Positions 60,829 to 64,000 of a DNA stretch of 64,000 nt are shown piece by piece. The position numbers and the translations under genes are program-made. The DNA comes from Cladosporium halotolerans (lineage: Eukaryota). Every line of letters begins with the position of its first letter. Within the stretch, counting starts at the first letter, position 1. The stretch is taken from assembly GCF_011745625.1 (NCBI RefSeq), contig NW_027191455.1:806001-870000 (forward strand), in the 5' to 3' direction. The notes under the pieces are model-generated. The model was not told where the DNA came from. It saw only the letters and a program-made list of their open reading frames with translations, and did not search any database.

Positions 60829-61551
60829 ATGGGGTACAGTCTACACGAAAACAACCATTACCGCCGCCTGAACACATCGCTAACGCCCCCACAGTATCTC
60901 TCGTGACTCCCGTCACAAGCGCAGCGCCTCTGGTGCCAAGCGCGCATACTACCGCAAGAAGAGGTATGCATAACCCGATCGCAATGAATGCCGCTCAAGA
61001 ACGCAAGTTCCTGACACGCAAACAGAGCTTTCGAGAAGGGCCGTCAGCCCGCCGCCACCAGAATCGGCGCCAAGCGCATCCACCTCGTCCGCACCCGTGG
61101 TGGTAACCGCAAGTTCCGTGGTCTCCGTCTCGACTCCGGCAACTTCTCCTGGGGCAGCGAGGGCATCTCCCGCAAGGTCCGCATCGTCGGTGTCGCCTTC
61201 CACCCGTCCAACAACGAGCTGGTCCGCACCAACACCCTGACCCGCTCCGCCGTCGTCCAGGTCGACGCCACCCCCTTCCGTCAGTGGTACGAGGCCCACT
61301 ACGGCCAGCCCCTTGGCCGCAGACGCCAGCAGAAGACCGAGGAGGAGGTCAAGAAGAGCAAGGCCATCGAGAACAAGCAGCACACCCGCTTCCTCGCCTC
61401 CGGCAAGGCCGAGGCTTCCCTCGAGAGGCAGTTCGAGGCCGGTCGTCTCTACGCCGTCATCGCCTCCCGCCCCGGCCAGTCCGGCCGCTGCGACGGCTAC
61501 ATCCTTGAGGGTGAGGAGCTCGCCTTCTACCAGCGTGCCATCCGCAAGTAG
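60829..61551 (+). CDS. RPS8: 40S ribosomal protein S8 (eS8); exons 60829-60833, 60895-60963, 61026-61551; additional 5'UTR intron ending at 60807
   Basis: [39 protein letters not shown]...RPGQSGRCDGYILEGEEL. Confidence 0.97.
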
Positions 61552-62027
61552 AGTACTTCTTAGGATTGGCGTTCCGGTACGGTATGCGCTGTGCTACGCC
61601 GGCGTTTTGCTGGATGAAAGAGGGCATGTCAGCATGGGTAGCTCCGCTTAGCTTACGACAGTAATGCCTAACTGAGAGTTCAAGCCTTGAATCAACGTGT
61701 GGGATAGCATTAGCGTCACAATTACAAAAGTTGATGCCCTCAATGAATTTTTCGAGTAACAAGCCTTGCGCCCAAATAATCCCTACTTGGTAGATGGTTA
61801 GTTATCAGCTAACCTTGATGCCGCTTCTTATTCTTACAGCCCGCCATTTCGTCTTGATTTCGATGGTTTGAAGTGAAGGACAAGGTCTACTTTTCCGGGA
61901 TCAAAAAGCTTCCTAACCAACATCTAGGAAAGCCTCTGCAGAGAATCGAAGCGGTACCTCAGTCAGGATTTCATGTATGTCTATAGCTGTCTTTCGAAAT
62001 TGCTAGCTCTGACAAACAAAGCGCTCT

Positions 62028-63347
62028 TTACTTGCTTTCCGCAGCAAGTGCTTTGCAGCCATCGACAATGTCCCTCTTCAGATCCTCCCAGTTCTCAATA
62101 CCGACGCTGACCCGCACCAACGTATCCGCAACCGTGTTGTCGCTCATTCTTCTCCACTCGATCAAACTCTCCACACCACCCAAGCTAGTAGCATGGTGAA
62201 ACAGATGCAACTTGCTCGGCAGCCTCTTCGCATACTCGCCCGTCTTCAAGTGCATCGCAAACACCGGCCCAAACCCGTTCGGCATCTGCTCCTTCAGCCA
62301 TCCGATCTTCCCATCCTTTCCACGCGCCATATCCTCCTCCTGCAAACTCGCGTGCTCCACGCTCCCCACCACTGCCCTAACCGCCTTACCATCTTCACTC
62401 TCATCCTCTCCCGTCACCGCCCTCTGCAAAAACCACACCAAGCGCCCCGCACTCTCACTCTGCCTCAGCACCCTCAGCTCCAGCGTCCGCAGACTCCGCA
62501 CCCCCAACCACCCCTCCATACTCCCCATCACCGCGCCCAAATGCAGCCTCTCGCCAAACATCGTCCAGTAATCCTTCTCCCACCCCTCCCGCGCCTTGCT
62601 AATCCCCACAACACCACACAGCATATCCGAGTGGCCGCCAAAATACTTCGTCCCCGAATGCATCACGAAGTCCGCCCCCAGCCTCAACGGATCCTGCAGC
62701 GGCGGCGGCGCAAACGTCGCGTCGACCGTCAGCGCCGCGCCGCGCGCGCGCGCCTTCGCCGCAAAGTACCGGATATCGTACGCCCGGCCCGTCGGGTTCA
62801 CGGGCGTCTCGACGTGCACGACGTCTCCCGCGCCCAGGCTCCAGCCCTCGGCGCCGTTGTCCCAGCTGCTTTCGTCGAAGAGGTCGACGATCTTGCACTT
62901 GGTCAGTTTCTGGTAGATCTGCAGCACGCCGTGGCAGCCGTGGTAGCCGGCGCCGATGGCGACGACGCGCGGGTTGAGGTAGACGAGGAGGGCGTGGAAG
63001 GCGGCGAGGCCGGAGGCGTAGGTTAGGCAGGGCGCGCCGAGGAGTTGCGCGAGGATGGACTCGAGGCGGGTGGTGTTGGGCGCTGTGAGGCGGGAGTAGA
63101 TGTGGGAGTCGGCGGGGGCGGGGGCGGCGGGGTCGCGGGCGGGGATGTCGAGGTCGTCGGTGGGGTGGAGTTTGGAGGGGTCGGAGGGGTAGCGGAAGGT
63201 GGTGGAGACGTGGAGGGCGGGGGCGACGTCGGTGGAGGCGTTGACGGGGTCGTCGCCGTGGATCGCGAGGGTGGCGAGGGAGTAGGGGGTGGAGGTGGAG
63301 GGGGGCTGTCGGGAGGGGATGTTGGGGTTGGTTGTTGGGTCGGCCAT
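62028..63347 (-). CDS. PLP-dependent trans-sulfuration enzyme (cystathionine gamma-synthase/beta-lyase family, YHR112C-like)
   Basis: YSRL, ETPVNP, DATFAPP, HSGTKYFGGHSD (PLP lysine) and ATSLGGVESL motifs. Confidence 0.92.
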   Translation of the reverse strand: MADPTTNPNIPSRQPPSTSTPYSLATLAIHGDDPVNASTDVAPALHVSTTFRYPSDPSKLHPTDDLDIPARDPAAPAPADSHIYSRLTAPNTTRLESILAQLLGAPCLTYASGLAAFHALLVYLNPRVVAIGAGYHGCHGVLQIYQKLTKCKIVDLFDESSWDNGAEGWSLGAGDVVHVETPVNPTGRAYDIRYFAAKARARGAALTVDATFAPPPLQDPLRLGADFVMHSGTKYFGGHSDMLCGVVGISKAREGWEKDYWTMFGERLHLGAVMGSMEGWLGVRSLRTLELRVLRQSESAGRLVWFLQRAVTGEDESEDGKAVRAVVGSVEHASLQEEDMARGKDGKIGWLKEQMPNGFGPVFAMHLKTGEYAKRLPSKLHLFHHATSLGGVESLIEWRRMSDNTVADTLVRVSVGIENWEDLKRDIVDGCKALAAESK

Positions 63348-64000
63348 TGTGTTGGATGTCTAGTTCTGGCTAAAGGAAATGATACAAGCTGGGTATGAGC
63401 GTCTATATGTAAGGAGAAAATGCAGTCTTCCGAACCAAAGAAATGCCAGAAAGTCAATGGCGAGTGAGTAACGGGAAAATGTAGAGTGAGGTAATAATCA
63501 GGACAGCACGCAAGCCGACCCCGCCAAAGTCAAGGTGGGGCCCAAACGCCGATATCCGATAAGACAGTCCATCAACAAACGCCTTGCGAGCATGCGGAAC
63601 GCTGATGCTTTGCCTAATCCAGTTGAGAATGGCGAGCCGTTTTGAACTCCTGCTCGAATGTCTTGTACAAAATGTGCTTGCTCGCTGTCATACGCCCTAC
63701 AAATGTCAATAGAGGGCGCGTTTTCACGGATGGGGCTTTCTAGGCGCTAGGCCGAAAGTAGCAGGCCACTGCGAGCAGCATTCACCACCTCTGCCGCTCG
63801 CTCAGATGCGTCTCTTCAACGTAATCATACGCCCTACAGTTGTCGCTGCGGGCAGGGCTTTGGCGAAATGGTCGCGGGCTGTGTGTCATGTCAGTGTCTG
63901 TTCAAGATCTCGAAGCGATCATGCAGAGAAACATACCTTCTTCCGAGTCAAAGCCCACAGTAATGTCATCGTGCTCCTGTGCATAATCGAGTCCTTCAAG

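Noticed and set aside
63688..63844. Short repeat TCATACGCCCTACA..TGTC occurring twice
   Set aside because: Only ~20 bp in two copies at the window edge; no array or element context.
1..64000. CRISPR arrays, tRNA/rRNA genes, transposons, secondary-metabolite cluster
   Set aside because: No regularly spaced repeat-spacer array, tRNA cloverleaf, transposase/RT ORF or PKS/NRPS backbone was seen.

Overview
Gene-dense, GC-rich fungal nuclear DNA (Pezizomycotina; gene content and intron style suggest a Dothideomycete, by inference). About 22 intron-containing or single-exon protein genes can be traced by hand: NUP2, HRD3, an F-box protein, an ICL/PEP-mutase family lyase, SCP2/POX18, a zinc-ribbon protein, DYN2, MRD1 (hosting an snR64-like snoRNA), abaA, a dsRBD protein, a tyrosinase, a TGL2-like lipase, VMA10, PET117, DUF2237, an amino-acid permease, SEC39, a JlbA/IDI-4-like bZIP, a PTP phosphatase, an MFS transporter, RPS8 and a trans-sulfuration enzyme, plus hypotheticals. 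No transposon, tRNA, rRNA or CRISPR was seen. The unusual signals are at the RNA level. (1) A ~2 kb ORF-poor region at the window start can fold into a giant nested rod ending at an Sm-like site (unidentified ncRNA candidate). (2) The permease contains a [D1,2]/[A2,3] spliceosomal twin intron. (3) The bZIP has no in-frame AUG before its DNA-binding domain, but has two uORFs. (4) NUP2 has a 1.37 kb intron holding an in-frame acidic alternative N-terminus. (5) A 2-nt microexon lies inside the lipase catalytic motif. (6) The last dsRBD of the dsRBD protein is frameshifted. All calls were made by eye; no database searches or folding programs were run.
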